Assembly (NCBI GenBank): GCA_903825395.1
Contig: CAIKAF010000021.1
Span: 25,927-89,926, forward strand
Length of the DNA: 64,000 bases
Source: an uncultured Flavobacteriales bacterium
GTDB lineage: Bacteria; Bacteroidota; Bacteroidia; CAIKAF01
Direction of reading: 5' to 3'
This document shows, piece after piece, positions 49,738 to 59,022 of this stretch. A program made the translations under genes and the position numbers. The notes below the pieces were generated by a model that did no database searches, had not been told where the DNA came from, and saw only the letters and a list, made by a program, of their open reading frames with translations. Within the stretch, counting starts at the first letter, position 1, and every line of letters starts with the position of its first letter.

Positions 49738-50055
49738 ATGGCACTAGAAATAACCGACAGCAACTTTGAGGAGCTGGTTAAAAATTCAGACAAACCCGTA
49801 CTAATTGACTTTTGGGCAGAATGGTGTGGTCCTTGCAAAATGATTGGACCCGTGGTTGAGGAATTGGCTAAAGAGTTTGAAGGGAAAGCCGTTATCGGAA
49901 AAGTAGATGTAGATTCCAATCCAATTGTGGCTTCCAGTCTTGGCATACGGGCTATCCCTACTCTATTGTTTTTTAAAAATGGGGAAATGGTAGATCGCAG
50001 TGTTGGAGTAGTTCCTAAAACGGAGCTTGCCAATAAATTGAACTCCATGTTATAA
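49738..50055 (+). CDS. trxA: Thioredoxin
   Basis: WCGPC motif; TACCTTTG promoter at 49715-49722. Confidence 0.97.
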   Translation: MALEITDSNFEELVKNSDKPVLIDFWAEWCGPCKMIGPVVEELAKEFEGKAVIGKVDVDSNPIVASSLGIRAIPTLLFFKNGEMVDRSVGVVPKTELANKLNSML

Positions 50056-50073
50056 CGCATTTTTTTTGGTTTT

Positions 50074-50100
50074 GGCCGGCCTTAGTGCCGGCTTTTTTTT
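50074..50100 (+). terminator. Intrinsic terminator after trxA
   Basis: GGCCGGC-CTTAGT-GCCGGCT followed by a T-run. Confidence 0.8.
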
Positions 50101-50118
50101 GCCCATTTCCAACGGAGT

Positions 50119-52230
50119 TTACCACCAGCGGCAGCGAATTCCTAGTCCGATTCTTCGTGGTGCTCCGGGCCCATACACATAATTCGGGTCGCGATGTATG
50201 CCTTGCCCATAATCGGTTTGCAGCGCATTGGTCAAGTTGTGTACGCTCAACTCCCCTTCCACTGAAAAACGTTCGGCCAACAGCCATTGTTTTCTGGCGG
50301 TCAGTGCCAATTCCAGCAACTCAGGACTGAGGACAACTGTTGGCCATTCATGCGCATGGTTTGGCATGCGCAGTACATCCATGGGACCCCAGAAACGCAT
50401 ATACCCTGCGACAGACCAGCGATTTTGAGAACCCGGAAACCATTCCGCTCGGACTAAACCGGACCAATGCGGAACCTGCAGCAATCGGTCATGCCAGCCG
50501 GGAATTCCCCATTCTGATTCATCCCAAAGGGATTGGGGTTCATCTAAGGATTGAACATTGGCCGTTCCCTGAGCTTGAAGTTTCCATTGAGTGCCGCTCA
50601 ATTCAAAGTTCATACTGGGCGACACCATCCATAAACCACTGCCGTTGGTTTTCTCTTTTAAAAAATACAGTTCTTCGGCGCTTGTATTTTCCCAAATAAA
50701 AATGCCCGACAACCGCTGAACGGTACAGCGGAGTTGCAATTCCGTGTGCAGGCCCTTGCCCAATTTTCTTTTCCATCTTGCCCAAACCAAGGCCTGGTGG
50801 CCCCGTTCTGGCTTTAAATCGCTTTGCCAAACCACAAAAATGGGCTGAGCTCCCAACATACTTAAATGAATGTCTTCTTCAAAAATTTGTGGTGCCCGCT
50901 GGGTCATTCTATAGCTAACACCCATCTGCCACCGTTCACCAGGCTTCCATTCCAGACCTATTGCGGGAAGCAATGCCGGGAAAAGGGTATTGGAAGTCCA
51001 AGACAGGGAATCTAAGCCGAGCCTTCCTTGGAAAAAATTGGCTAAGCCTTGAATTCCCGCGACCAATTCTAGAATCGGTTTCGGCTTCCACCGCAGCTGA
51101 ATTCCTGCCGAGCCATTCCAAGCCCATTGCTGGAGTTTCCGTTGAAAGCCGGGTGTTGCATCCCTCAGTACATCTCGACCCAATGAGGCATTGAAATTCA
51201 GTTGAAGCCTTGCATTCAATTTCAGTTCAGATTTCCAACCGCCCAGCAGCCAAAATTGATGGCTATCTCCGGCATACTTCAGGGCTTGCCCGGTGGTATC
51301 CGGGCCGGCCACTTCCAATCCATTGCCTCCATAATAACTTTGACGGTTCAGCCCGTTCATAAGCAGAAATGTGGATTGGGAAAAATGAGGGCGAACGGTG
51401 TGGTTCCAAACCAGGTCAGCCGATACCCATTGGTGGCCTATGGTTTCAGCAATCCGGCGTTCCACCGTCGGCAAATGCATATCGCTGCCTCCGCTGCGTG
51501 CATCTACAAGACCTCGAACATTGCATTCCAAGGTATGGTTTGAATTCAGAGCTTGAATCACCTGAAAACCAAAAGTGTTTAATTGAAGTTTAGGGCTTTC
51601 TGAAAACCCGTCGGGATGCACATCCCAGGCCGTTCGATCGCGCCGGCTAAGCCAAATTGAAGCCTGGGTTTTCTTTCCAACCAGAGGTTGGTACAAAGTA
51701 ATCTGCCTATCGCCGGCTCCACCTTCCCAAAGGCTTTGGCGCACAGAAAATACGGCCGTTTGAAGCGCCGGCATATCGGTTTGCAGCTGAATGAGTCCGG
51801 CGGGGAAATTACCGGCCCACTCTTGATGGGCAAGGCCGCTGCGGTCTAGAGAAAGAGAAGACAGAAGTTCAGATGGTAATAATTCAAGGCCATACACCAA
51901 AGCCAATGAGGGCAGAAAGGGCCGACCATTTAACAGCAGACCGGTGTAGGGGCCATTTAGTCCGTCGGTTTGCAATCGACTAAATCCACAGCTTTGACAT
52001 GCATCGGCAACGAACACGCCATTGAGCAGGTGCAGCAGTTCCTTGGCTGAAGGCTGCTGCAAATTCCTTAGCTCGGCAGCTGTCAATTCAATGCCATCAA
52101 GTGCTGCAGAGCCGTATTTCGTATTGGACTGAAAATCAAATGATTTTAAATGAATGGACCGGTTAATACTGTCGGATTTCTGAGCAAGAATGGTGTGTGA
52201 GAGCAATAAAAAAACAAAGACAATCTTCAT
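50119..52230 (-). CDS. TonB-dependent receptor with a CxxC plug (probable metal uptake)
   Basis: Plug ACQSCGFSRLQTDGLNGPY..NGRP, DGFSESP and C-terminal RDPNYVYGP. Confidence 0.8.
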   Translation of the reverse strand: MKIVFVFLLLSHTILAQKSDSINRSIHLKSFDFQSNTKYGSAALDGIELTAAELRNLQQPSAKELLHLLNGVFVADACQSCGFSRLQTDGLNGPYTGLLLNGRPFLPSLALVYGLELLPSELLSSLSLDRSGLAHQEWAGNFPAGLIQLQTDMPALQTAVFSVRQSLWEGGAGDRQITLYQPLVGKKTQASIWLSRRDRTAWDVHPDGFSESPKLQLNTFGFQVIQALNSNHTLECNVRGLVDARSGGSDMHLPTVERRIAETIGHQWVSADLVWNHTVRPHFSQSTFLLMNGLNRQSYYGGNGLEVAGPDTTGQALKYAGDSHQFWLLGGWKSELKLNARLQLNFNASLGRDVLRDATPGFQRKLQQWAWNGSAGIQLRWKPKPILELVAGIQGLANFFQGRLGLDSLSWTSNTLFPALLPAIGLEWKPGERWQMGVSYRMTQRAPQIFEEDIHLSMLGAQPIFVVWQSDLKPERGHQALVWARWKRKLGKGLHTELQLRCTVQRLSGIFIWENTSAEELYFLKEKTNGSGLWMVSPSMNFELSGTQWKLQAQGTANVQSLDEPQSLWDESEWGIPGWHDRLLQVPHWSGLVRAEWFPGSQNRWSVAGYMRFWGPMDVLRMPNHAHEWPTVVLSPELLELALTARKQWLLAERFSVEGELSVHNLTNALQTDYGQGIHRDPNYVYGPGAPRRIGLGIRCRWW

Positions 52231-52234
52231 TTTT

Positions 52235-52250
52235 TTTAGTCAAATCTAAA
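52235..52250. promoter_or_regulatory. Palindromic operator TTTAG-N6-CTAAA (DtxR/MntR-like)
   Basis: TTTAGTCAAATCTAAA lies 4 nt upstream of the receptor start codon. Confidence 0.5.
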
Positions 52251-52286
52251 TATTTTTCTTGAAACGACTAATAATTATTTTTTGTT

Positions 52287-52430
52287 GGGGCGCAATTCCG
52301 GCTGTCATAGGTAGCGTCAATGTACTTGCTGTGGCCGAAAGGGGCTGCGGTGGCTTCCTCTGGTCGCCTCCTCGCCCGTTCGGCCAAACAGCAAGTACGA
52401 TTGCCGGCTACCTTATTCCATCCGGGCGCC
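52287..52430 (+). repeat. Constant-length hairpin element, divergent copy 7
   Basis: GGCGC..CCGG-CTGTC-ATA-GGTAGC...GGC-TTCCTCTGGTC-GCC...GCTACC-T-TAT-TCCAT-CCGG-GCGCC. Arms GTACTTGCTGT/ACAGCAAGTAC and GGCCGAA/TTCGGCC. Confidence 0.8.
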
Positions 52431-52705
52431 GGGCCGCGTAAAAATTAAAGGCCGAAGAAAAAATCCCTTTTGCCCCTGTTGCGATACTTAAATTTTAAAC
52501 TGTGAATTTTTTCTATTCTAGTTCATTTCAGAGATCTGTTCATTAGCGGATTTTATTTGGACAATTCATGCCATAAAAATCAACCACAACATGAACGAGT
52601 AGGAATAAAGGCCGGGCTTAACTTAGCCCAAAAAATAATGACGCTATAAAATACAATGCCCCAGCGATTGCAGCTGGGGCTTTTTTTGTTGGGTTTAGAT
52701 ATGCA

Positions 52706-54199
52706 TCAATACGTAAAAACAACCAATCCATGGCCTTGACGTTGGCCATTTTGCATACTTGCATTGCTAACCCCGCCAGTGTATCCAGATCCACCGCCTC
52801 CGCCAACGGCATAGGAACTTCCGCCTCCGTACCAACCTCCGCCACCGCCGCCAACGTGGTATGAACCCTGGCTGCTGCCCCCCTGACCAAATGAGCCTGG
52901 ATTTCCACCACCGCAACCTGCGGCGCCGCCGGCACTTTGGGTCCCACCTTGTCCTGGGCAGGCTCCATTCCCCGGACCGTTGATACCGGGACTTCCAGCA
53001 TTTCCGCCACCTGCGCCCCCGAATCCATGATCTGGCCCACCGGAGTTTCCTCCGCCTCCTCCTCCGGCAACAATGACTCTATTGTTGAGGGTTTGTCCAT
53101 TGGTACGGACGTCTGAGGCTCCGCCTCCACCTCCGCCATATTGGCCATCGCCACCACCACCATTCCAGCCGCCGGGTCCGTTGGTGGCGGAAGCCGGCTT
53201 TTCGCCAACATAAATGTAAAGTACTTGTCCCGGAGTAACAGACAGATTTCCTTTTGCATATCCGCCATAGCCCCCGTCGTCAGCAAAAGTACCGCCATCG
53301 CCGGGTCCACCTTGTGCGCCATAGCATTCAATTTGAACTGTATTTACGCAGGCTGGAACGGTCCACGACTGAACGTTTCCTGTATAATTAAACGTTGCGG
53401 TATTGCCACCGAAGGGTGGGCAATTGTTGACCGTAATCTGAAGGCTATCTGATGTGGTGCAACCTGCCGAGCTGGTAACCGATAGAAACACCCAGTAGTT
53501 TCCGGCCTGAGTCCATTGTACAACAGGATTTTGAGCTGTAGAGGTGGCTGGATTTCCTGAGCTAAACGACCAGGAATACGAAGCGCCTTGTCCGGTAAAG
53601 GTGGGCGAAAAAGTGGTATTTAAATTAATAGAGGGCGTTGCGGGAGAAAGTGAAAATGTGGAGCTAGGGACTGCAACAGAAATGGAAACAGATCGAGGGG
53701 GAGATTGTCCGCAGGCATTTTGAGAAGAGACTTGTAGTGTACCACCTGTATTACCGAATGTAATTAAAACACTATCCGTATTTGTTCCTGAAACAAGGCT
53801 AGCTCCGCCGGGCAGGGTCCAAACGTAGCCGGTTGCACCTGCAACCGGTAAAATTGAATATCCTACAGAATCGGCGCCAGGGCAATTGAGTAAGGGTCCT
53901 GTAATGGCTGTTGGCTGTGCTGGGGGTGCGGTGCATTCGCAGGCGACGATACCCCAACCATTTGAAAAAAACGCTTCAATGCAATGAGAGGTTAAATTGT
54001 AGATTTCAAGTCCGATGGCAGGAGATTGAATGCTATCTCGTGCTCCGGTGGTTAATCGGGGCAACAACAACCCTTTAGAAGAAGATTTTAATTCCAATAC
54101 AGCACTTGAATGTGGGGCTACAGAATCACCAATCAAAACCCCTTGTCCAATCAAAGCCAAGTTGAAAAAAGAAATAAAAAGAATGGATGCAACTTTCAT
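52706..54199 (-). CDS. Secreted protein with PKD/Ig-like domains and a C-terminal glycine-rich (ALK/LTK-like) domain
   Basis: N-terminal SAVLELKSSSKGLLLPRLT module, PKD 'YSWSF..G.P..S..QNP', and GAQGG / GGGGGASDVR / VIVAGGGGGG / GGGGGGWYGGG motifs. Confidence 0.8.
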   Translation of the reverse strand: MKVASILFISFFNLALIGQGVLIGDSVAPHSSAVLELKSSSKGLLLPRLTTGARDSIQSPAIGLEIYNLTSHCIEAFFSNGWGIVACECTAPPAQPTAITGPLLNCPGADSVGYSILPVAGATGYVWTLPGGASLVSGTNTDSVLITFGNTGGTLQVSSQNACGQSPPRSVSISVAVPSSTFSLSPATPSINLNTTFSPTFTGQGASYSWSFSSGNPATSTAQNPVVQWTQAGNYWVFLSVTSSAGCTTSDSLQITVNNCPPFGGNTATFNYTGNVQSWTVPACVNTVQIECYGAQGGPGDGGTFADDGGYGGYAKGNLSVTPGQVLYIYVGEKPASATNGPGGWNGGGGDGQYGGGGGGASDVRTNGQTLNNRVIVAGGGGGGNSGGPDHGFGGAGGGNAGSPGINGPGNGACPGQGGTQSAGGAAGCGGGNPGSFGQGGSSQGSYHVGGGGGGWYGGGSSYAVGGGGGSGYTGGVSNASMQNGQRQGHGLVVFTY

Positions 54200-54332
54200 A
54201 GAACTAAGGTATTGAAATAAAAAAAACCAATGGAATAAGAAATGATTTCGCCCACAGAAAATCCGGAGAGCGGTTCATTGTAAAGCTGCTGAATGGCGAT
54301 TTATGTAGAGGCTATACGTTTTGAGGGGGCTT

Positions 54333-54475
54333 GCGGCAGGGATTGAAGAGGCTTGCCCGTAACGGAGGCCTGCAGAGCTGCGCGAGGCGGCAGGAGCGAC
54401 CTTGGGAGCTACCTGCCGGCCGCTGCAGCTGTGCAGGGCAACGGCGGACAAGCCCTGAAAGCCCGTCTGCCGCCT
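54333..54475 (-). repeat. Constant-length hairpin element, copy 6
   Basis: Reverse complement: GGCGGC..CGGGCTTTC..GGCTTG...AGC-TCCCAAGGTC-GCT...CAAGCC..TCAATCCCTGCCGC. Confidence 0.9.
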
Positions 54476-54481
54476 TAAAAC

Positions 54482-54508
54482 AAAAAAGCCCGGTATTCAC
54501 CGAGCTTT
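54482..54508 (-). terminator. Terminator after tRNA-Cys
   Basis: Minus strand AAAGCTCGGT-GAAT-ACCGGGCTTTTTT. Confidence 0.75.
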
Positions 54509-54516
54509 AAAGTTAG

Positions 54517-54587
54517 AGGTCCCGAGCGGATTCGAACCGCTGTAGCAGCTTTTGCAGAGCTGAGCCTAGCCACTCGGCCACAGGACC
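54517..54587 (-). tRNA. tRNA-Cys(GCA)
   Basis: Reverse complement GGTCCTG...CTGCAAA...GGTTCGAATCC..CGGGACCT; TATATTTG promoter at 54604-54597. Confidence 0.95.
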
Positions 54588-54615
54588 AATGGGCTGCAAA
54601 TATACAAGTTTTTGG

Positions 54616-54993
54616 TTAAAACTGTCCGGTATGCAACAGAACTAAGGTACAAGCCGTTTCAATTTGAATTCCAGCTGCCTGCAAGGCCTGAGCCAAGGCG
54701 GGGTTTTCTGTGCCCGGATTAAACATAATCCGCTTGGGCTTCAGCGCAATAAGCTCCTGAAGAAGCGCATTGGAGCGCTGCGCATTGATGTACAGGGTTA
54801 CCGTGTGTATGGAATTGCTGATCGGGAAATCGGGCTGAATGGGAATGCCTTGAATGCTGCCCCTGCGAATGCCATTGAGCTGAACAGAATACCCCTTTTG
54901 CAGCAGCAAAACTGCTGCTTTGTACGCATAGCGACTGGGGTCGGGATGTGCGCCCAAGACCAACACCGGAGTGGAAGAAGGAGGATTAATCAT
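54616..54993 (-). CDS. CoA-binding protein (YccU-like)
   Basis: VLVLGA..P.RYAY, TVTLY, FNPGTEN and ACTLV. Confidence 0.85.
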   Translation of the reverse strand: MINPPSSTPVLVLGAHPDPSRYAYKAAVLLLQKGYSVQLNGIRRGSIQGIPIQPDFPISNSIHTVTLYINAQRSNALLQELIALKPKRIMFNPGTENPALAQALQAAGIQIETACTLVLLHTGQF

Positions 54994-56134
54994 GTGAATG
55001 TGTTGAAGTCTTATCTGGGAAAATCCGTTCCAGATTTTTGAATAAAGCCTCAGCAGATTGTTCCCAGGAAAATTGGGAGGACCTGTTCAATCCCTTTTCA
55101 ATGCATTGTTGACGCAGTTCTTGGTTGTACAACAGCTGTTCAATGCCCTGTTTAATGTGTTGAACATCGGTAGGATTCACCAGCACTGCGGCATCTGCGG
55201 CCACTTCTGGCAGCGAAGTTGAATTGGAGGTCAGCACGGGAACGCCGCAGGCCATGGCCTCCAGAACCGGAATGCCAAACCCTTCAAACAGCGAGGGCAG
55301 CAATAGTCCGTCAGCGGCACCAATGACCTCGGCCACCTGAGGCCGTTGCAGGCGGCCGGTAAAATTCAATTTGTTTGGATTTTTCATGGTTTTCACCACC
55401 GAATTCAATTCAGTTCCGGACCACATGGGTTCACCTACCAGCAGCAGATTGGGAGCCTGGGGATTTTCCGACCAGATGGCATCCAAGGCTTGGAGCAAAC
55501 GAGGAATGTTTTTTCTTGGCAATTGAGCCCCTACAAAAACCAGGTAAGGCTTCCCCTGATTAAACTGAGCTTGAATTTGGTTGATTTTAGACTCTTCCAA
55601 TGGCTTAAAATCAGTCCCGGCGGCATTGTAAACAACAGAAACTTTGGAAGCTGGGATACCAAGCCTCTGCTGAATATCTAGGGCGGAAAATTGGGAAACA
55701 GTAACCAAAACCTGGGCTTGCCGCGCATAAATGGGGAAAAAGTGCTTAAAGTAAAGGCGGGTAAGCAGGGGAATATTTTCGGGAGCTTCTAGAAAATTTA
55801 AATCGTGGAGCACCACCAATTTGGGGAGGGCGGACGGGACGCTCCAGCCATCGGGCGATAGAAAAACGTCAGCCCCGTATTTTTTTAAAATGCGTGGTAT
55901 TTCCCAGTGAAAGCGCAAATACCAAAGAAGGGGGTGGCGGCTGGGCAATCGGGTAGAAATCCAGTGTACATTGTTGGGGAAATTCCACCGGGCATCTGTA
56001 GGGCGGTCGCTGATAAACAGAAAATCATGCTCCGGATGGTTAGAACACATCCTCCACAGCGTTTCATAGGCAAATCGACCGATCCCTTCCAGGCGGTCGA
56101 ACAAAAGCAATTGAGCATTTACGGCTATTTTCAC
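54986..56134 (-). CDS. Glycosyltransferase family 4 (MtfB/WbaZ-like)
   Basis: GIGR, HDL, PRKN and EGFGIPVLEAMACGVP. Confidence 0.9.
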   Translation of the reverse strand: MKIAVNAQLLLFDRLEGIGRFAYETLWRMCSNHPEHDFLFISDRPTDARWNFPNNVHWISTRLPSRHPLLWYLRFHWEIPRILKKYGADVFLSPDGWSVPSALPKLVVLHDLNFLEAPENIPLLTRLYFKHFFPIYARQAQVLVTVSQFSALDIQQRLGIPASKVSVVYNAAGTDFKPLEESKINQIQAQFNQGKPYLVFVGAQLPRKNIPRLLQALDAIWSENPQAPNLLLVGEPMWSGTELNSVVKTMKNPNKLNFTGRLQRPQVAEVIGAADGLLLPSLFEGFGIPVLEAMACGVPVLTSNSTSLPEVAADAAVLVNPTDVQHIKQGIEQLLYNQELRQQCIEKGLNRSSQFSWEQSAEALFKNLERIFPDKTSTHSHD

Positions 56135-56177
56135 CTACCTTTGGACTTAGAACAAAAGTACCGCATTGAACGGGAAT

Positions 56178-56939
56178 ATGACAGCAAAAACGCGCATAGA
56201 AAACGAAAAGGCGTTCCATAACGAATCTTTTTCAACGGGATTAAGGAGCCAAATCGATTCGTATTACGAGATATTTATTGGTATTCGGGCTGAATTTAAA
56301 AAACGGGTATCTCATTCTATTCAAGGAAAAAGAGCCTTGGAATTGGGCTGTGGACCCACCACCTTTAGTCCGGAGTTTTCGCATTTGGCTTCGCACATTA
56401 AAGGGATTGACATTTCGGAGGAAGCCGTTCGGCAGTCGGAGGAAATTGCGAAAAAAAACGGATTGAATAACGTTGATTTTGAGGTTATGAATGCCGAAGA
56501 ATTAAGCCTGCCTGCGCAGTCAATCCACCTAATCTTTGGTTCAGGGATTATTCATCACCTAGATTTGACCGCCTTTTACATGGAGGCTCGCCGGGTACTT
56601 GTACCCGAGGGGAGAATATTATTTATGGAGCCGCTTGGCCACAATCCCATCATCAATGCCTACCGTAAATTAACGCCCGGCATGCGCACTCCCGACGAAC
56701 ACCCCTTATTAAAAAAAGATTTAATTCAATTGTCTCAAAACTTTGAAAATCTGAACATTAAATACTATTATTTTTGGTCATTATTTGCCATTCCACTCCG
56801 CAGATTTAAGCTATTCAAACCGGCATTGCGTGTACTAGACGGGTTGGATCAACTGATGTTCAAATGGATTCCGGGAAGCAAGAATTGGGCTTGGTATGCT
56901 CTTTTGGATGCCTCGAACCCAAAACCTTTACCCCAATGA
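56178..56939 (+). CDS. Class I SAM-dependent methyltransferase
   Basis: ALELGCG, GIDIS, IIHHL and EPLGHNP. Confidence 0.85.
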   Translation: MTAKTRIENEKAFHNESFSTGLRSQIDSYYEIFIGIRAEFKKRVSHSIQGKRALELGCGPTTFSPEFSHLASHIKGIDISEEAVRQSEEIAKKNGLNNVDFEVMNAEELSLPAQSIHLIFGSGIIHHLDLTAFYMEARRVLVPEGRILFMEPLGHNPIINAYRKLTPGMRTPDEHPLLKKDLIQLSQNFENLNIKYYYFWSLFAIPLRRFKLFKPALRVLDGLDQLMFKWIPGSKNWAWYALLDASNPKPLPQ

Positions 56940-57604
56940 AAAAGTGGTTAATCTTCATAGGGCTGGCGGTGTTGAGTTCTGTGCTAACCGCTCAAAAAAC
57001 CCAGTTGGCCGTATTGAAATACAATGGCGGGGGGGATTGGTATGCCAATCCCACTTCCCTACCCAATTTGGTTCGATTTTGTCAAAAAGAATTGGGGATG
57101 AACCTGAACTCAGAGGTGGCCGTGGTGGAGCCCGGCAGTTCGGAATTGTACCGCTATCCTTGGATTCATGCTACAGGGCATGGTAACTTTAAATTGAGCA
57201 ATTCCGAAATTCAGCAGCTTCGAACCTATCTGCTGTCGGGGGGATTTTTACATATTGATGACAATTATGGCATGGACAGCTATGTTCGAGCCGAATTAAA
57301 GCGCTTGTTTCCTGATAAAACCTTAGAGGCATTGGGCAGGAACCATCCTATATTTAAAGAGCCATATTCATTTCCACAAGGTTTGCCTAAAATTCACGAG
57401 CACGATGGAAAAGCTCCAGAGGCCTTGGCCATCATGCATGAAGGACGAATTTTGCTTTTATACACCTTTGAATGCGATTTGGGCGATGGTTGGGAAGACC
57501 CAGAGGTGCATGGAGATTCCCCTGAGACACGCTTAAAGGCCTTAAGAATGGGGGCCAACATTCTTCATTGGGTCTTTATGGGCCAGCAATACATGGGTAA
57601 TTAA
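56936..57604 (+). CDS. DUF4159 family protein
   Basis: LKYNGGGDWYANP, TGHG, GGFLHIDDNYG and DLGDGWED. Confidence 0.85.
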   Translation: MKKWLIFIGLAVLSSVLTAQKTQLAVLKYNGGGDWYANPTSLPNLVRFCQKELGMNLNSEVAVVEPGSSELYRYPWIHATGHGNFKLSNSEIQQLRTYLLSGGFLHIDDNYGMDSYVRAELKRLFPDKTLEALGRNHPIFKEPYSFPQGLPKIHEHDGKAPEALAIMHEGRILLLYTFECDLGDGWEDPEVHGDSPETRLKALRMGANILHWVFMGQQYMGN

Positions 57605-57641
57605 ACACCAGGCATTGACCCAACTCGAAGAAATTGGGTAC

Positions 57642-58190
57642 TTAATTATACTGAACCCAGCGTTGTGCCTTTAGATACCTGAACACCTTCGCTTTTTCAG
57701 ACCTGTAAATCCATTGAAAGGAAGCGTTGGTAAATGCATACATTAGAATAATAGGCAGAAGCCAAACCAACACATTCAGCCATGGATTTAAAAAAGGTTT
57801 AGGATAAATCCACCAATACAGCCCATAAACGACACCCAGGTAAAAAACATTAAATGGAGAAAAAGGGTTTGACATTTGAAGTCGTACGATGCTTCCTTTT
57901 TCAGCCTGGGGTTTTGGCTGCCACTGAATACGGATTTTAATTCTGCGCTGCCAGGGGTTTTGGGCATTGCGCACGGCTACCAAACTGTTGGCACGAAACC
58001 GACCGGAGTACGGAAATTCGGGAGATCCTGAACGCATAAAGTACAAAGGGTCAGGTTGCACTACCCTGCTTAATTCAAGCCTTAATTGATCTATATTCAA
58101 ATCTGATTTTAGAACATACGACCTAAAAGGCAGCAATCGCAACCAAGCTCGACGGTACCAAAAACGTAAGGCATGAACAAACACACTCAA
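57642..58190 (-). CDS. Hypothetical membrane protein
   Basis: Two C-terminal TM segments; the start is uncertain. Confidence 0.55.
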   Translation of the reverse strand: MSVFVHALRFWYRRAWLRLLPFRSYVLKSDLNIDQLRLELSRVVQPDPLYFMRSGSPEFPYSGRFRANSLVAVRNAQNPWQRRIKIRIQWQPKPQAEKGSIVRLQMSNPFSPFNVFYLGVVYGLYWWIYPKPFLNPWLNVLVWLLPIILMYAFTNASFQWIYRSEKAKVFRYLKAQRWVQYN

Positions 58191-58280
58191 AGTTACCTAA
58201 AACTTAGTTACCGAATTAAGGGTGCATGATGGATCTGGGATAAGCGGCCAAGAGGAGCAGGTTTTGTATCTTGTAAAACC

Positions 58281-58988
58281 ATGACTAAAAATCCCTTTTA
58301 TTTGGTGAGCATTCAGGCCCTAATGTTCATGATATTGCCCATGCTGGCTTATGTATGGATGCCTGGGCATCAATCTCCATGGTACACATTTGGCATTTAT
58401 CCCAGGGAAATTCATGGACTTTGGGGGTTGATTTTCGCTCCCTTCATTCATGGCAATACTTCTCATTTATTTAGCAATGTATTGCCCTTGGGCGTATTGA
58501 GTTTTTTAAGTCTTTGGGTGATCCGAAGGCACTTTTATACACTGACCTTGGGGATACTTGTATTGGGAGGATTGCTTACTTGGTTCATTGGTCGGCCTTC
58601 CTGGCATATCGGAGCAAGTGGTTTGATCTATGGGTATGTTGGGTTTTTGATTGCTTCGGGCATCGTAGCGGAAAATGTTCGGTTGTTGGGGCTAACCCTA
58701 CTTACTGTTTTCCTGTATGGCTCCTTGGTTTGGGGATTGTTGCCTCTTCAGCCAGATATTTCCTTTGAAAGCCATATTTCAGGAGGGATAGCGGGTTTAG
58801 CCTTGGCCTTTTTATTTCGGTCTAAACTGCCAAAAAAGAAAACCTATGCTTGGGAGCATGAAGAGGATTTGGAAGAGCAGCCAAATTCATTGGCAGAGGA
58901 GGAATCCCACCCATTGCCACCTTCCGTTCGGGTGCAGTATGAATGGGTATCGCAGCGCAAAAATCAGGACATTAAACCTCAAGAATAA
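58281..58988 (+). CDS. Rhomboid family intramembrane serine protease
   Basis: HG...HLFSN, HIGASG and ESHISG. Confidence 0.9.
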   Translation: MTKNPFYLVSIQALMFMILPMLAYVWMPGHQSPWYTFGIYPREIHGLWGLIFAPFIHGNTSHLFSNVLPLGVLSFLSLWVIRRHFYTLTLGILVLGGLLTWFIGRPSWHIGASGLIYGYVGFLIASGIVAENVRLLGLTLLTVFLYGSLVWGLLPLQPDISFESHISGGIAGLALAFLFRSKLPKKKTYAWEHEEDLEEQPNSLAEEESHPLPPSVRVQYEWVSQRKNQDIKPQE

Positions 58989-59022
58989 AAATTAGCCCAA
59001 AGGGAAATATTACCTTTGGTGC

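Noticed and set aside
52618..53331. 237-aa alternative-frame ORF
   Set aside because: It is a shadow frame of the glycine-rich domain (Ala/Val/Glu-rich from shifted GGN codons).
54248..54299. Weak stem (TCGCC...GGCGA) upstream of the glycine-rich gene as a possible riboswitch
   Set aside because: It matches no riboswitch consensus I can recognise, and its G-U pairs favour the strand opposite to the downstream gene.
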